This document shows positions 1 to 10,069 of a stretch of DNA of 64,000 nucleotides, piece by piece (within the stretch, counting starts at the first letter, position 1; every line of letters starts with the position of its first letter). The position numbers were made by a program, and so were the translations under genes. Origin of the DNA: a virus; IMG/VR virus record IMGVR_UViG_3300031707_000010, positions 5,175 through 69,174 of that record; one strand, written 5' to 3'. The notes beneath the pieces are model-generated. The model did not search any database and was not told the origin of the DNA. It saw only the letters and a list, made by a program, of their open reading frames with translations.

Positions 1-1
1 C

Positions 2-1459
2 TTTCTTAATGGTCTTTATTTTCTCAAGCGTATTGAGAATCTCTTGAGACTTCTCAAGGTCAATATCATCTCCTTGAAACTTTGCAAGTGTTCTATCATA
101 CCAAGTTATAAGAGTTTGTGCATCGTTGATAGTTCCAATTAATACTTCTGCTAAAATATGGAAGCATAATGTAGCCACTCCATCATCAAGAGCACTATTC
201 ATTCTACTTTTAATATCGTTTACTTTCTCACACCATTCTATAAATTTATCTGAATTAATATTTGGTACAAGAATATAAGCGTGTCCTTCTGACTTAGCCG
301 TTTTACCTACACGACCTGCACGTCCACACATCTGATGAACATCTTGATTACTAATAAGATTAGTTAATCCTCTGTGGAGTCCTACCAACACTACTCTATC
401 TGCTGGTGTGTTTACACCCCATGCAAGAGTAGAAGTTGATACCAATACTCTAAGAGTGTTTCTATCTTTACTATTAAAATCTGCTTGAATTTTAAGGCGT
501 GTCTCTTTATCTAAATCAGCACTATGAAATTCTGATTTAATGTTAGCTTCTTCAAGAGATCTTAAAACTTGAGCGCCCGTATTTTTAGAATGAACAAAGA
601 TTATAAACTTATCATCAGGGAAATCTCCAGCGATTTTAACAGATCTTTCTATTTTAATTCTTTCAGTTTCTCCATAATCTCTAGTTTGCATATAAGTTTC
701 GTAATGCCTATGAAGAGTAACTGGTCTATAGTTAGAAAGTATCGTAGTAGTTTGCTTACCATTTAACTTTGTAAGCCAATCCGCTAACTGACCTACATTA
801 GGCATTGTTGCAGACAAACAAATCAATCTACAATTTGGATTTTGAGCAGTAAAACGGATGATTGCTGATTCTAATTTATCACCACGACCCTCATAAGACA
901 ACAGATGAAACTCATCTATTACTAGTGTTTTAATATCTAATAGCCAATCATTTCTTTCACTTGCCATATTACGAGAACGACTATCGAGCATTTCAGATGT
1001 CATTACAATAACATCTGCTCGTCTCATTTCTTCAACTCTATCAGGAGTGAGTTGATAGTCCCCAGTTGAAATTGATATATTTAATGAATGCCACGAGTGT
1101 TCAGGGCTTGACCAATCTTCCCACTTCTCTTGAGAGATAGCCTTTAAAGGTGAGAGGTACAACAGCTTACCATTCCTTGACAACTCTGCCATTACAGTTT
1201 TGCCAGCTGAAGTTGCTGCAGAAATAATGAAGTTGCTATCTAGAAATCTATTTACATAAAATTCAGATTGAGGAGGATTTAACTGAGCAAAAGGATATTT
1301 AATATCTGGAATATCTTTTGTATTAATTAACTCCCCATTCCAAGTTTTAACTTCGGTAGTAACTACACTTTTGCTAGGAACTCTATTTTCCCTTAGTTTA
1401 AGAACTAAAGGAGCTTTCATAGAGTCATTTGACTTCAACCCAATCTGACTAAGTTTCAT
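2..1459 (-). CDS. Ski2/Hel308-like SF2 (DExH) helicase, 3' end truncated by the window edge
   Basis: Manual translation (absent from ORF track because it has no stop in the window): MKLSQIGLK..., Q motif LNPPQ, Walker A SAATSAGKT, YLSPLKAI, VIDEFH, CLSAT, STSTLAWGVN, QMCGRAGR; RBS AGAGGTGA upstream. Confidence 0.9.
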   Translation of the reverse strand, partial: MKLSQIGLKSNDSMKAPLVLKLRENRVPSKSVVTTEVKTWNGELINTKDIPDIKYPFAQLNPPQSEFYVNRFLDSNFIISAATSAGKTVMAELSRNGKLLYLSPLKAISQEKWEDWSSPEHSWHSLNISISTGDYQLTPDRVEEMRRADVIVMTSEMLDSRSRNMASERNDWLLDIKTLVIDEFHLLSYEGRGDKLESAIIRFTAQNPNCRLICLSATMPNVGQLADWLTKLNGKQTTTILSNYRPVTLHRHYETYMQTRDYGETERIKIERSVKIAGDFPDDKFIIFVHSKNTGAQVLRSLEEANIKSEFHSADLDKETRLKIQADFNSKDRNTLRVLVSTSTLAWGVNTPADRVVLVGLHRGLTNLISNQDVHQMCGRAGRVGKTAKSEGHAYILVPNINSDKFIEWCEKVNDIKSRMNSALDDGVATLCFHILAEVLIGTINDAQTLITWYDRTLAKFQGDDIDLEKSQEILNTLEKIKTIKK

Positions 1460-1486
1460 GTCACCTCTAATGTTTATTACACCTAT

Positions 1487-1515
1487 AATATAACCATAAA
1501 TTTTTGTAGATGCAA
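1487..1515 (-). promoter_or_regulatory. sigma70-like promoter for the helicase
   Basis: TTGCAT-17 nt-TATATT on the minus strand. Confidence 0.6.
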
Positions 1516-1590
1516 GCAACCACTCTTTTATCCACGTCACTTTTTGGTATATTCAATTTACAACAAAACATGAAAGGATGCAACAATTCA

Positions 1591-2145
1591 ATGGAACTAA
1601 TAGAAACTGATAAACAAGGTTCCGGATTATTGTACTACTACGAAAAGAAATTACAGCAATATAAAGGTGTTGAAGATCTTAAGGTAGCTGAATTTGGAAT
1701 TTGGTACGGCGGATTTTTACAATGGATGGATATATACTTTGAAGGTAAAGCTAAAATTTATGGCATGGACGGTAAACTAGAACACTGTAAATTTAATAAG
1801 AGTGAACTTTTCTTGGTCAGTCAAGATGATAAACCCAGTTTAAATACAATAGCAAATCAAATAGGAATGTTAGATGTTTTTGTAGAAGATGGTGCTCATG
1901 AATTTTCTGCTGCATGGAATACCTTTCATGCTTTTTGGCCTTTCATAAAACCCGGAGGTGTTTACTTTATTGAAGATTGGGGAGCACATTACTACGCTAA
2001 TTTCCAACAAGTATGGCAAGATAGATTTAAATCTATGACTAAATTGACCCAGTATATTGTTGAACACATTCCAGAAATTGCACCAGCTGAATTAGAAATT
2101 TATTATAGGAGTTCTGGATGCTCAGTAATAATGCTAAGAAAATAG
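1591..2145 (+). CDS. Class I SAM-dependent (sugar O-) methyltransferase
   Basis: VAEFGIWYGG motif I, GMD, DVFVEDGAH, LKPGG-like IKPGGVYFIED; ORF track starts at 1510, ATG 1591 preferred (AAGGA upstream). Confidence 0.8.
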   Translation: MELIETDKQGSGLLYYYEKKLQQYKGVEDLKVAEFGIWYGGFLQWMDIYFEGKAKIYGMDGKLEHCKFNKSELFLVSQDDKPSLNTIANQIGMLDVFVEDGAHEFSAAWNTFHAFWPFIKPGGVYFIEDWGAHYYANFQQVWQDRFKSMTKLTQYIVEHIPEIAPAELEIYYRSSGCSVIMLRK

Positions 2146-2762
2146 TTGTCATACATACCCTAGCAGGTAGAGAAGCTTGGCTTAGAAATAGTCTTGAAAG
2201 ATTAAAGGGCTATGATAATCGTTATCCTCTTGTAATCTATTTTAGTGATCCTAACCCACCTGATATATCTTTCCAATCATACCTAGGTACTCTTCCTTAT
2301 CCTGTTTACTATTTTCCAGAAAGATATGAAACAGGCTGTATCTCTTATGTTAATAGAATAATACAACCCGATGAATTTATTTATTTACACGATAGTATTG
2401 AAATAAAAGATACTTCTATATTTGATATGAGCTTTAACTTAAAATGGTCTGTTCATTACTTTGAAAGATTTATGTGCTATGCAGGAAAATTTAGAAGAGA
2501 AGCTTTAGATAAAATTGTAATTCCAGTAAGTAAGACCAAGACAGATGCCTGCATAAATGAAGACAAAGGTGCAAAACCAGAATGTAATTCTTTTATGTGG
2601 AAATACTTTAAAATTGAAGACTGCATTTGGTTGTTTCCAGGCTTCAAAGATGGAAAAACCTTTCAAGACAAATTTGAAAGAAGAAACTTGGTAGTAGAAA
2701 ATAAATTCATAAAGAAATATAAAGGAACTTGGAAATGGAGCATGATAAAAGATGACGAATGA
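2118..2762 (+). CDS. Putative glycosyltransferase-like protein
   Basis: GT-A-like N-terminus, YETG, FIYLHDS motif, C-terminal KYKGTW; sits in glycan cluster. Confidence 0.5.
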   Translation: MLSNNAKKIVVIHTLAGREAWLRNSLERLKGYDNRYPLVIYFSDPNPPDISFQSYLGTLPYPVYYFPERYETGCISYVNRIIQPDEFIYLHDSIEIKDTSIFDMSFNLKWSVHYFERFMCYAGKFRREALDKIVIPVSKTKTDACINEDKGAKPECNSFMWKYFKIEDCIWLFPGFKDGKTFQDKFERRNLVVENKFIKKYKGTWKWSMIKDDE

Positions 2763-3339
2763 CCCATTCGGTTCACACATTGGAGTACTGATGGGTATTC
2801 CAAAGTTTGTAACTACACCTATAGAAACTGTTGTAGAATTCGGATGTGGTTTTTATAGTACCATGACATTCCTAAGTTCATATCCTAATCTAAAAACTCT
2901 TTTTTCTTTAGAAAGTAATCCAGTTTGGTTAGCTCAAATGCAACAAACGGCTTGGGATACTAGAGTTCAGTTTAAACAAGATACTGAAGCTGACCTTGCT
3001 AGATTCGCTACCGGGCTTTACTGTGACTTAGCTTTTATAGATGGTGCTACTGCAGAGTATCGCATTATATCTTTCTTAGCAATAGCAAAAACTGCTAAGC
3101 TTATTGTAGTTCACGATGCAGAACAAAACTATTATGATAGAGTAAAAGATAGTCCAGATTTTAAAGTTATTACATTCAAACAACTACTTCCTTGGACTGC
3201 TCTTTATATTCCTAAAACAAATACTCAAGCACTGAAAGACTTTGAAGATGATTATTTCTTTAGTGATGGGTTACTACAACCGAAAAAAAGTTCTATTTCC
3301 AACATTGAAGAGCGTCATGAAGACAGCAGTTCCTCATGA
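2752..3339 (+). CDS. Class I SAM-dependent methyltransferase-like protein
   Basis: VVEFGCGFYST, SLESNPVW, DLAFIDG, IVVHDAE. Confidence 0.7.
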   Translation: MTNDPFGSHIGVLMGIPKFVTTPIETVVEFGCGFYSTMTFLSSYPNLKTLFSLESNPVWLAQMQQTAWDTRVQFKQDTEADLARFATGLYCDLAFIDGATAEYRIISFLAIAKTAKLIVVHDAEQNYYDRVKDSPDFKVITFKQLLPWTALYIPKTNTQALKDFEDDYFFSDGLLQPKKSSISNIEERHEDSSSS

Positions 3340-4039
3340 TGAAATAGAAGTTATTATAGTAGATGATGGCAGTGATGATGAACACATCTTAACAGAAGAT
3401 ATGTTTAAAGATTTTGATTTTAATCTTAAACTTATTTCAATTTCTAAATCAGAAAAAACTTGGGTTAATAGTTGTATTGCTTACAATCTTGGCATACGCG
3501 CCGCTACTGGAGACATTTTAATTCTACAAAATCCAGAATGTCTTCATGTAGGAGATGTCATAAAATATACAATACGCCATATTCAAGATATGCAATATTT
3601 TTCTTATCATTGTTGGAATACAACCCCTAAAAGTGCTAAATTAATTGTAGATTTAGATACATATTCATACGAAAATATAATGAAGATAGTAAACGATGGA
3701 GATGGTGGATGGTATAATCATAACCTTTTTGCTCCTTATGCTTATCATTTCTTAAGTGCTATCCATACTCACCATGTAAAAGAGATGCGAGGATTCGATG
3801 AACGCTATGCTCCTGGAGTTGCCTTTGAAGATAATGATTTCTTATTTAGAGTTTTATTAAAAGGCTTAACAATTAAATACATTGGAGCTCCACTCTGTGT
3901 TCATCTTGACCATCCAAAATTTTCTGAACTCTATCCTTTGAGCCAACAATACATTCAAAGAAATAAAGACTTCTATAACAAAGTAACTCTTAAAGAAAGG
4001 AAGTGGTTGACCAATGAGAATTCTAGTAACTGGCAGTAA
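3242..4039 (+). CDS. Glycosyltransferase family 2
   Basis: SLVMGYYNR, EVIIVDDGSDD, NLGIRAATGD, GFDERY..G.AFEDNDF; ATG at 3248 is an alternative start. Confidence 0.9.
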   Translation: MKMIISLVMGYYNRKKVLFPTLKSVMKTAVPHDEIEVIIVDDGSDDEHILTEDMFKDFDFNLKLISISKSEKTWVNSCIAYNLGIRAATGDILILQNPECLHVGDVIKYTIRHIQDMQYFSYHCWNTTPKSAKLIVDLDTYSYENIMKIVNDGDGGWYNHNLFAPYAYHFLSAIHTHHVKEMRGFDERYAPGVAFEDNDFLFRVLLKGLTIKYIGAPLCVHLDHPKFSELYPLSQQYIQRNKDFYNKVTLKERKWLTNENSSNWQ

Positions 4040-4982
4040 AGGCATTGTTGGTACTGCTCTTGTAAACGAGTTGAAGAAAAAAGGTCATTGGGTTTTTGGT
4101 ATAGATCTTATGCACTCTTTAGGAGAAGTTGGTTATGTTCAAGAGATGAGTCACGAAGTAAATACTTATGAGCGCTGTGATATTAGAGAAATTCGTCAAC
4201 TAGAAAGAGTAATTTCAAAAGGCTTTGATTTAGTCTATAATTGTGCCGCTGAATTCGGAAGATGGAATGGTGAAGATTATTATGAAAAAGTTTGGGAAAC
4301 AAACTGCATAGGTCTTAAACACCTTTTAACTCTTCAAGTACCTTATAGATTTAAGTTAGTTCACTTTTCTTCTGCAGAAGTATATGGTGATTATCCTAAT
4401 ATAATCTTTGAAGATACGATGAAAGAAGCACACATGGAAGATGTAAGACAGATGAATGATTATGCAATATCTAAATGGGCTAATGAATTACAGATTATGA
4501 ATTGGCAAGAGCTTCATCCTGAAAGTGAAATCGTTAGAGTTCGTTTATTTGATATTCAAGGCCCTGGAGAAGTGTACCACGCTTATCGTTCTGTATGTGC
4601 TAAGTTTGTCTATCATGCTTTACATGGATTACCAATCACGGTTTTTAAAGGGCATATACGATGTGGTGTATATATTAATGACACAATCAAAGCACTTGCT
4701 AATATTCCAGATAACTTTAAAAATAAAGAAGTTTATAACCTTGGAGGAGATGTACCTTATACAATAGAAGAACTTACAAATCTTATTTGGGATTATACCG
4801 GTGCAGATAGAAATTTAATTACTTGGATAGATGAACACGAAAAAGCTACAACAAAGATTAAAGTAGCAGACTCTTCAAAAGCAAAGAAAGATTTAATGTT
4901 TGACCCATGGACTCCACTTCCCGAAGTTGTAAAAAGAACCGTTGACTGGATGAAAGAATATTATGCTAAACCCTTGGGTTAG
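4014..4982 (+). CDS. NAD-dependent nucleotide-sugar epimerase/dehydratase (extended SDR)
   Basis: ILVTGSKGIVG, FSSAEVYG, YAISK (YxxxK), YNLGG. Confidence 0.92.
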   Translation: MRILVTGSKGIVGTALVNELKKKGHWVFGIDLMHSLGEVGYVQEMSHEVNTYERCDIREIRQLERVISKGFDLVYNCAAEFGRWNGEDYYEKVWETNCIGLKHLLTLQVPYRFKLVHFSSAEVYGDYPNIIFEDTMKEAHMEDVRQMNDYAISKWANELQIMNWQELHPESEIVRVRLFDIQGPGEVYHAYRSVCAKFVYHALHGLPITVFKGHIRCGVYINDTIKALANIPDNFKNKEVYNLGGDVPYTIEELTNLIWDYTGADRNLITWIDEHEKATTKIKVADSSKAKKDLMFDPWTPLPEVVKRTVDWMKEYYAKPLG

Positions 4983-5514
4983 AACTGATAAAGAATTTTA
5001 CGAAGTATTTAAATTCTTTCTTAATAGAAACCCCAGTAGAGTATTAGAATGGGGGTCTGGCGGTTCAACCACTATCTATCCATATTTTATTCCAAATCTT
5101 AGTATATGGATATCCATTGAAGCCGATTTATCTTGGGCAAAAACTGTTAGGCAACATTTACCAGCAGATAGACTTGTAGATTTAAGAGAAGCCCCTCCAT
5201 TAATAGGGACTCCAACCAAGTTTATACCTGGAGAACCGCTTGATATCTGGTTATCTCATCCTAACTTTTTTTCTTATGTAAGATATCCTGATAGATTTGA
5301 GATGACTTTTGATGTTATTATAATTGATGGCCACGTAAGATATGACACATTACTCCAAAGTAGAAAATACTCTCATAAAGAAACTTTAATTCTCCATCAC
5401 GATTCTTATGATGGTGTACATGCTGCTAATATTTCAAAGGTTCCAAATCTCATTGAAGTAGATTCTTTTGAAACTTATAGGGTATTTAAGCATGAAAATC
5501 TCAACAGTAATTAG
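4963..5514 (+). CDS. Class I SAM-dependent methyltransferase-like protein
   Basis: VLEWGSGGST, SIEADLSW, FDVIIIDGHVR, HD. Confidence 0.75.
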   Translation: MLNPWVRTDKEFYEVFKFFLNRNPSRVLEWGSGGSTTIYPYFIPNLSIWISIEADLSWAKTVRQHLPADRLVDLREAPPLIGTPTKFIPGEPLDIWLSHPNFFSYVRYPDRFEMTFDVIIIDGHVRYDTLLQSRKYSHKETLILHHDSYDGVHAANISKVPNLIEVDSFETYRVFKHENLNSN

Positions 5515-6250
5515 CTATTGTTCAAACGATAAAGATTTTATTAATGACTGTATATCTCATGCACGTCCGTTCTCTACTCAAGTTGCTGTAGCTACTTGTA
5601 CGCATTTCTTTGATGGACAACCTGAAGATACTGCGGGTATCTTAGAAACAATTAAACAAAACTACCCTGTCCAATATACAATGTTTCCTTTTACTGGAGA
5701 CAGACCAACGTATGGACATTGGCATAATCGTATGCGGGCATACGCTTGGCAAGCATTAACAATACCAACTGATTGGGTATTATTTTTAGATGCAGATGAA
5801 ATTGTAGATACTGCTAGATTTATTGAATGGATACATACTTTCAATCTTAATAATTTCTCAGCATATAGAATTTTAGGCTATTGGTATTTTAGAGATACTT
5901 GTTGGCAGGCTAATCAAATTGAAGAAGTAGCAGTATTAACTCGATGGAATAAATGTAATTTTGAATATCTTGATAACTGCCCAGGAGAACGCTTTGGTTT
6001 ATTAGATGCACAATCTCAACGTAATGTAGCAGATACTTTTAATCAACCTATGTTTCATCATTACTCTTGGGCGCGTACAAAAGAAGGCATGCTCCGTAAA
6101 GTAAAGTCTTGGGGGCACTCTGGTAATATGCCTTGGGCTGATTTGATTGAAAAAGAATTCAAAAGAGAATTTAACGAAACCTGCAAAGACTTTGTTCACA
6201 ACTATTCTTTTAAGAAAGTGGAGCCATTCATAAATGTTAGAATTGCCTAA
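5492..6250 (+). CDS. Glycosyltransferase family 2-like protein
   Basis: DWVLFLDADE (DxD), HHYSWAR...KVKSWGH; ATG 5492 preferred over TTG 5468. Confidence 0.8.
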   Translation: MKISTVISYCSNDKDFINDCISHARPFSTQVAVATCTHFFDGQPEDTAGILETIKQNYPVQYTMFPFTGDRPTYGHWHNRMRAYAWQALTIPTDWVLFLDADEIVDTARFIEWIHTFNLNNFSAYRILGYWYFRDTCWQANQIEEVAVLTRWNKCNFEYLDNCPGERFGLLDAQSQRNVADTFNQPMFHHYSWARTKEGMLRKVKSWGHSGNMPWADLIEKEFKREFNETCKDFVHNYSFKKVEPFINVRIA

Positions 6251-6821
6251 CGTAACAGTTGTCTGTATTGATTGTCTTGGAAAAGCTAGAGCAGTTAAAG
6301 CTCTAGTAGAAAGCACCAATGGCATAAATTTCTTTGCTGCTAAATGGATTACATCTTTAGCTATGCTAACTCCACATCCTATAATACTTTCCCCTATTCC
6401 TCATATAGGAACTAAAGAAGATTATTCCAAATTTGTTGTCAAAGAACTGTATAAATACTTTGAAACTGATTATGTTCTAATAGTTCAATGGGATGGCTAC
6501 GTACTTAATCCTAAAGCTTGGACAGATGAGTTTCTACAGTATGATTATATTGGAGCTCCTTGGCATTTTAGAACAGATATTAAAGTAGGCAATGGTGGCT
6601 TTTCCTTACGTAGCAAAAAGCTAATGACATTACTCGCTACCAGTCCTGAGATAACTCGTCTTCATCCTGAAGATGATACTACAACAATCATCTATCGTCA
6701 GTTCTTAATAGACAAAGGAATTAAATTTGCACCAGTAGAACTTGCTTATAAATTTAGCGTTGAGCATGAACCTTATGTTGGCTCATTTGGATATCATGGA
6801 GGAAATGACCCTAGAAAATAG
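6234..6821 (+). CDS. DUF5672-like putative glycosyltransferase
   Basis: LIVQWDG, FLQYDYIGAPW, VGNGGFSLRS, ED, FSVE, FGYH. Confidence 0.8.
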   Translation: MLELPNVTVVCIDCLGKARAVKALVESTNGINFFAAKWITSLAMLTPHPIILSPIPHIGTKEDYSKFVVKELYKYFETDYVLIVQWDGYVLNPKAWTDEFLQYDYIGAPWHFRTDIKVGNGGFSLRSKKLMTLLATSPEITRLHPEDDTTTIIYRQFLIDKGIKFAPVELAYKFSVEHEPYVGSFGYHGGNDPRK

Positions 6822-6879
6822 TTTGTGTCCAGTCATGTTTTGTTGTAAATTAGTGTAGTATAATAAAAAGGATTAGTTA

Positions 6880-8931
6880 ATGAATTTAGAGTTAGCTTCA
6901 ATAAAAGTTTGGAACCTCTTTCGGTTTCCAAAAGAACCTCAATACATAGAGTTCTCTAAAGGAGAAACTTTAATTGTAGGTTCTAATGGAGACTCTATTG
7001 GTTCTGATAGTAACGGTTCAGGTAAATCATCTATTCTTGATGCAATCTGCTGGGCCATTACTGGAAAAGTATTAAGAGATATATCAGTAGACGGGGTTGT
7101 TCGTAGAGGACAAACTGAAGGTGGTGTTCATTTATGTTTAAGAGATACAGACAATAAAGACTGTGAACTAATCTATAGTATATACAGAACCAGAGGAATC
7201 AAAGAAGTTCTTCAATTTATAACCGTAGTTGATGGAGAACCTGTAAATGATCTTGGTAGAAGAACAACATCTCAAACTCAAGAAGAAATACTTCGTCATC
7301 TTAATTTAGACTTAAAGAAATCTCTTTCAGACTATATTAACACCGTTTATTTCTCCTCTTCTACAGTTAGAGGATTTGCTAGTAAAGAAACTAGCAATGT
7401 AGAGCGTATGCAATTGTTGACTCGTTTTCTTAATGTTGAAGCCTTTGACTTTGCTACTGAGAGAGCTAAAGAACTTCATAAGATGGAAGTTCAATCTTTA
7501 TCTTTAGCTCAAAATTCTATTCAAGAAGCACGTAGTATCTTACCATCTGATTTTAATTCTTTTGATGCTTATGAAGCTACTGTTGATGAAAATTTAGCCG
7601 ACAGTAACAAAAATAAAGCAGATTGGATGACATACAAAACTTCTCTTATGGAGAAGCTAACTGAAGCAAATAAGAACCAAACTACTCTTGCTAAGATTGA
7701 AACCCTGAGATTAAAGACTAAACAAGCTGAACAGGTATCTAAACAATACTTTGATTTAACAGAAAAGATTAGTGAAATTACTGAGCAAATTGGAGAACTC
7801 AAAAAGAAAGAAATAAACACAACTGAACTAGAAACTAAGTTAGCTGAATTAAGAGCAGATGAAAAAGAGATAAGAGAAAAACATTCTCTCTTAAGAAAAG
7901 AAGCTCTTGATATAAGTAACCAACTTAAGAAACCTTTGAAGTGTCCTCAGTGTTCTACTATGCTTCACTTACAAGAAGGACATCTTCATATCTTAGATGT
8001 CAATACTTTAAAGGTTAATGAGGAAGTTATAGCTGAAAAAACTTTAGCAGCATCAGCTGAATTAGGAACAGTTGAATCTATTATTAAAAATACAGAAGAA
8101 ATTAAAAAGAAAGATGCTACTTTAAAACAAACAATTGCTTTAGCAGAAGGTAAAGTACGTGCTTCAGCAGAACAACTTGCTAGATTACCAGAAGTAGATA
8201 CAACAGATTATGGTGAAGAAATAAAACAACTTGAAGCCAGTTTATCTGATGTTGATATTGATTCTCTTAAGAAAGAGATGAAAGAAGCAGAAGAGCAAAT
8301 TGAACTTCTCGCTACAGAGCTTGGACAATTAAAAGAAATCAAGCGTCAAATAATGACGGCTAAAGAAAAGATTATTAAAGTAGAAGCTGATATTAAAGAT
8401 ATAGAACAAAAGGTTAGAAACTTTGAGTTTTGGAAACAGAACTTTCCAATGATTAAGCAACTGCTCATTGAAACTTATCTACCCTTCTTTGAGAACTCTA
8501 TTAATTATTACTTGAAATTCTTAAATACAGGACTTTCAGTTGCTCTTGATTTAGAAAAAGAACTTAAGAGTGGTAAGACTAAACAAGAGTTTAGAATCAT
8601 TGTAAAAGATGAACACGGCAGTGAAGCTGAGTATGAAGCCTTCTCTGAGGGAGAACGCAAACGTATTGCTACTTGTGTTGGTTTTGCTATACGTAGAATT
8701 GCACTCTCAAGAAATAGTTTACCACTTGGATTTATGAAGTTCGATGAAATCATAGATGGACTTGATGATACAGGTATTGGAGAATTTTTCAATCTATTAA
8801 GATCATTACCTGGACAAAAACTAATCGTATCTCATGACGATGGACTCAAGCAGATGTTTAGCAACATTATTGAAGCAGTTAGAAAAGATGGTATAACCAA
8901 ACTGAGAACTAACTATGCCAACGTGGCTTGA
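6880..8931 (+). CDS. SbcC/Rad50-like ATPase (recombination nuclease subunit)
   Basis: Walker A NGSGKS, long coiled coil with CPQC zinc hook, signature FSEGE, Walker B FDEIIDGLD, H-loop VSH. Confidence 0.93.
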   Translation: MNLELASIKVWNLFRFPKEPQYIEFSKGETLIVGSNGDSIGSDSNGSGKSSILDAICWAITGKVLRDISVDGVVRRGQTEGGVHLCLRDTDNKDCELIYSIYRTRGIKEVLQFITVVDGEPVNDLGRRTTSQTQEEILRHLNLDLKKSLSDYINTVYFSSSTVRGFASKETSNVERMQLLTRFLNVEAFDFATERAKELHKMEVQSLSLAQNSIQEARSILPSDFNSFDAYEATVDENLADSNKNKADWMTYKTSLMEKLTEANKNQTTLAKIETLRLKTKQAEQVSKQYFDLTEKISEITEQIGELKKKEINTTELETKLAELRADEKEIREKHSLLRKEALDISNQLKKPLKCPQCSTMLHLQEGHLHILDVNTLKVNEEVIAEKTLAASAELGTVESIIKNTEEIKKKDATLKQTIALAEGKVRASAEQLARLPEVDTTDYGEEIKQLEASLSDVDIDSLKKEMKEAEEQIELLATELGQLKEIKRQIMTAKEKIIKVEADIKDIEQKVRNFEFWKQNFPMIKQLLIETYLPFFENSINYYLKFLNTGLSVALDLEKELKSGKTKQEFRIIVKDEHGSEAEYEAFSEGERKRIATCVGFAIRRIALSRNSLPLGFMKFDEIIDGLDDTGIGEFFNLLRSLPGQKLIVSHDDGLKQMFSNIIEAVRKDGITKLRTNYANVA

Positions 8932-9508
8932 TCTTACAATAAAACCAGAATCTTTGGAAAAAAGAGATAAAAAGAAACGCATTGCTAGAAGCTCTAGAGC
9001 TAAAGGCAATCGTGGTGAAAGTGTAGTCTCTGATATTTTTGATAATTGGATAGAGGTGCCACAAGCCTTTAGTCCATCTAGCTCTTCTGGTGCTAATAGA
9101 CTTATTGGTCAAGCTGGAGATTTAGTTGGCCCTAATGGTTTTATCTTCTGTGTAGAAATTAAGAATGATGAAGGCTGGAGATTAACTGATTTCTTAATAC
9201 CTGGCATCATTAGAAAACACCCTGCTAGAATTTGGATATTCTGGGCACAGGCAGTAGCAGCTTGTAACAAATATAACTCTAAAAGAAAAGAACATCAAGT
9301 CAATAAAATCCCTGTACTTATCTTTACAAAGAATTATGAAGATGTTCTAATCATGATAGATGAAGTAGACTACAAAAACCATAACTTACGAGTTCCAGAA
9401 AATTTTATTAGACTTATAAATATGGACTTTGGAGTTTTCTTTATCTGCAAACTACAAGACTTCTTAAAAGGCCATACTCCACTTCAATTAGGAATAGAAA
9501 GAGCATAA
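8915..9508 (+). CDS. Holliday junction resolvase-like PD-(D/E)xK nuclease
   Basis: SRAKGNRGE...SSGA...GDL...VEIKN...WAQA...PVLIF. Confidence 0.8.
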   Translation: MPTWLDLTIKPESLEKRDKKKRIARSSRAKGNRGESVVSDIFDNWIEVPQAFSPSSSSGANRLIGQAGDLVGPNGFIFCVEIKNDEGWRLTDFLIPGIIRKHPARIWIFWAQAVAACNKYNSKRKEHQVNKIPVLIFTKNYEDVLIMIDEVDYKNHNLRVPENFIRLINMDFGVFFICKLQDFLKGHTPLQLGIERA

Positions 9509-9509
9509 C

Positions 9510-9797
9510 ATGGTATTAGACCTTAAGCCAAAACCAGAAAACAGATTTGTTAAAGAGGTTAGATTTGAAGAGATCAAACGTGGAACCTTTAAACATAACC
9601 TCGATAGGCTTTATCATCTAATGTCTACCGAACCTGAGAAGTATGTTGGTTATGTTCTTAGGAAGAAAGATGAACTGCTTGCTACACTATGGCGTGGTGG
9701 CACTAAGGTAATTACTCTTTCTAATCATGACATCTATTACCACGAAGCTGGACAAATCATAGATGAAATTAAAAAATTCCTAGAGGAGCATAAATGA
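9510..9797 (+). CDS. Hypothetical protein
   Basis: 95-aa ORF tightly packed in operon. Confidence 0.7.
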   Translation: MVLDLKPKPENRFVKEVRFEEIKRGTFKHNLDRLYHLMSTEPEKYVGYVLRKKDELLATLWRGGTKVITLSNHDIYYHEAGQIIDEIKKFLEEHK

Positions 9798-10069
9798 AAA
9801 CTTCAATTGCTATTGCTGCACTTATTATTCTTTGTGCTATTTGCGTTGTTACTTGTTATCCTCAAGCTACTGCTAAAGATTCTCTAATGATTAAACAGGT
9901 AACAATTAGAATAGCTGAACTTCAATCAGACCTTCAGAAAGTTACTGAACAAAAGAAACAATTAGAAGAATCAGTATTGAGAATAGAAGGAGCTTTATTC
10001 ATTCTTAATGAACAAAAAATTGGAGAGACAAAAAGACTTGATTCCCTCAATGTCAAAAAGAAGCCTTAA
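9794..10069 (+). CDS. Small exported coiled-coil protein
   Basis: RBS GAGGAG, signal peptide MKTSIAIAALIILCAICVVTCYP-Q, heptad coiled coil; stop overlaps the stop of the convergent tail gene. Confidence 0.7.
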   Translation: MKTSIAIAALIILCAICVVTCYPQATAKDSLMIKQVTIRIAELQSDLQKVTEQKKQLEESVLRIEGALFILNEQKIGETKRLDSLNVKKKP

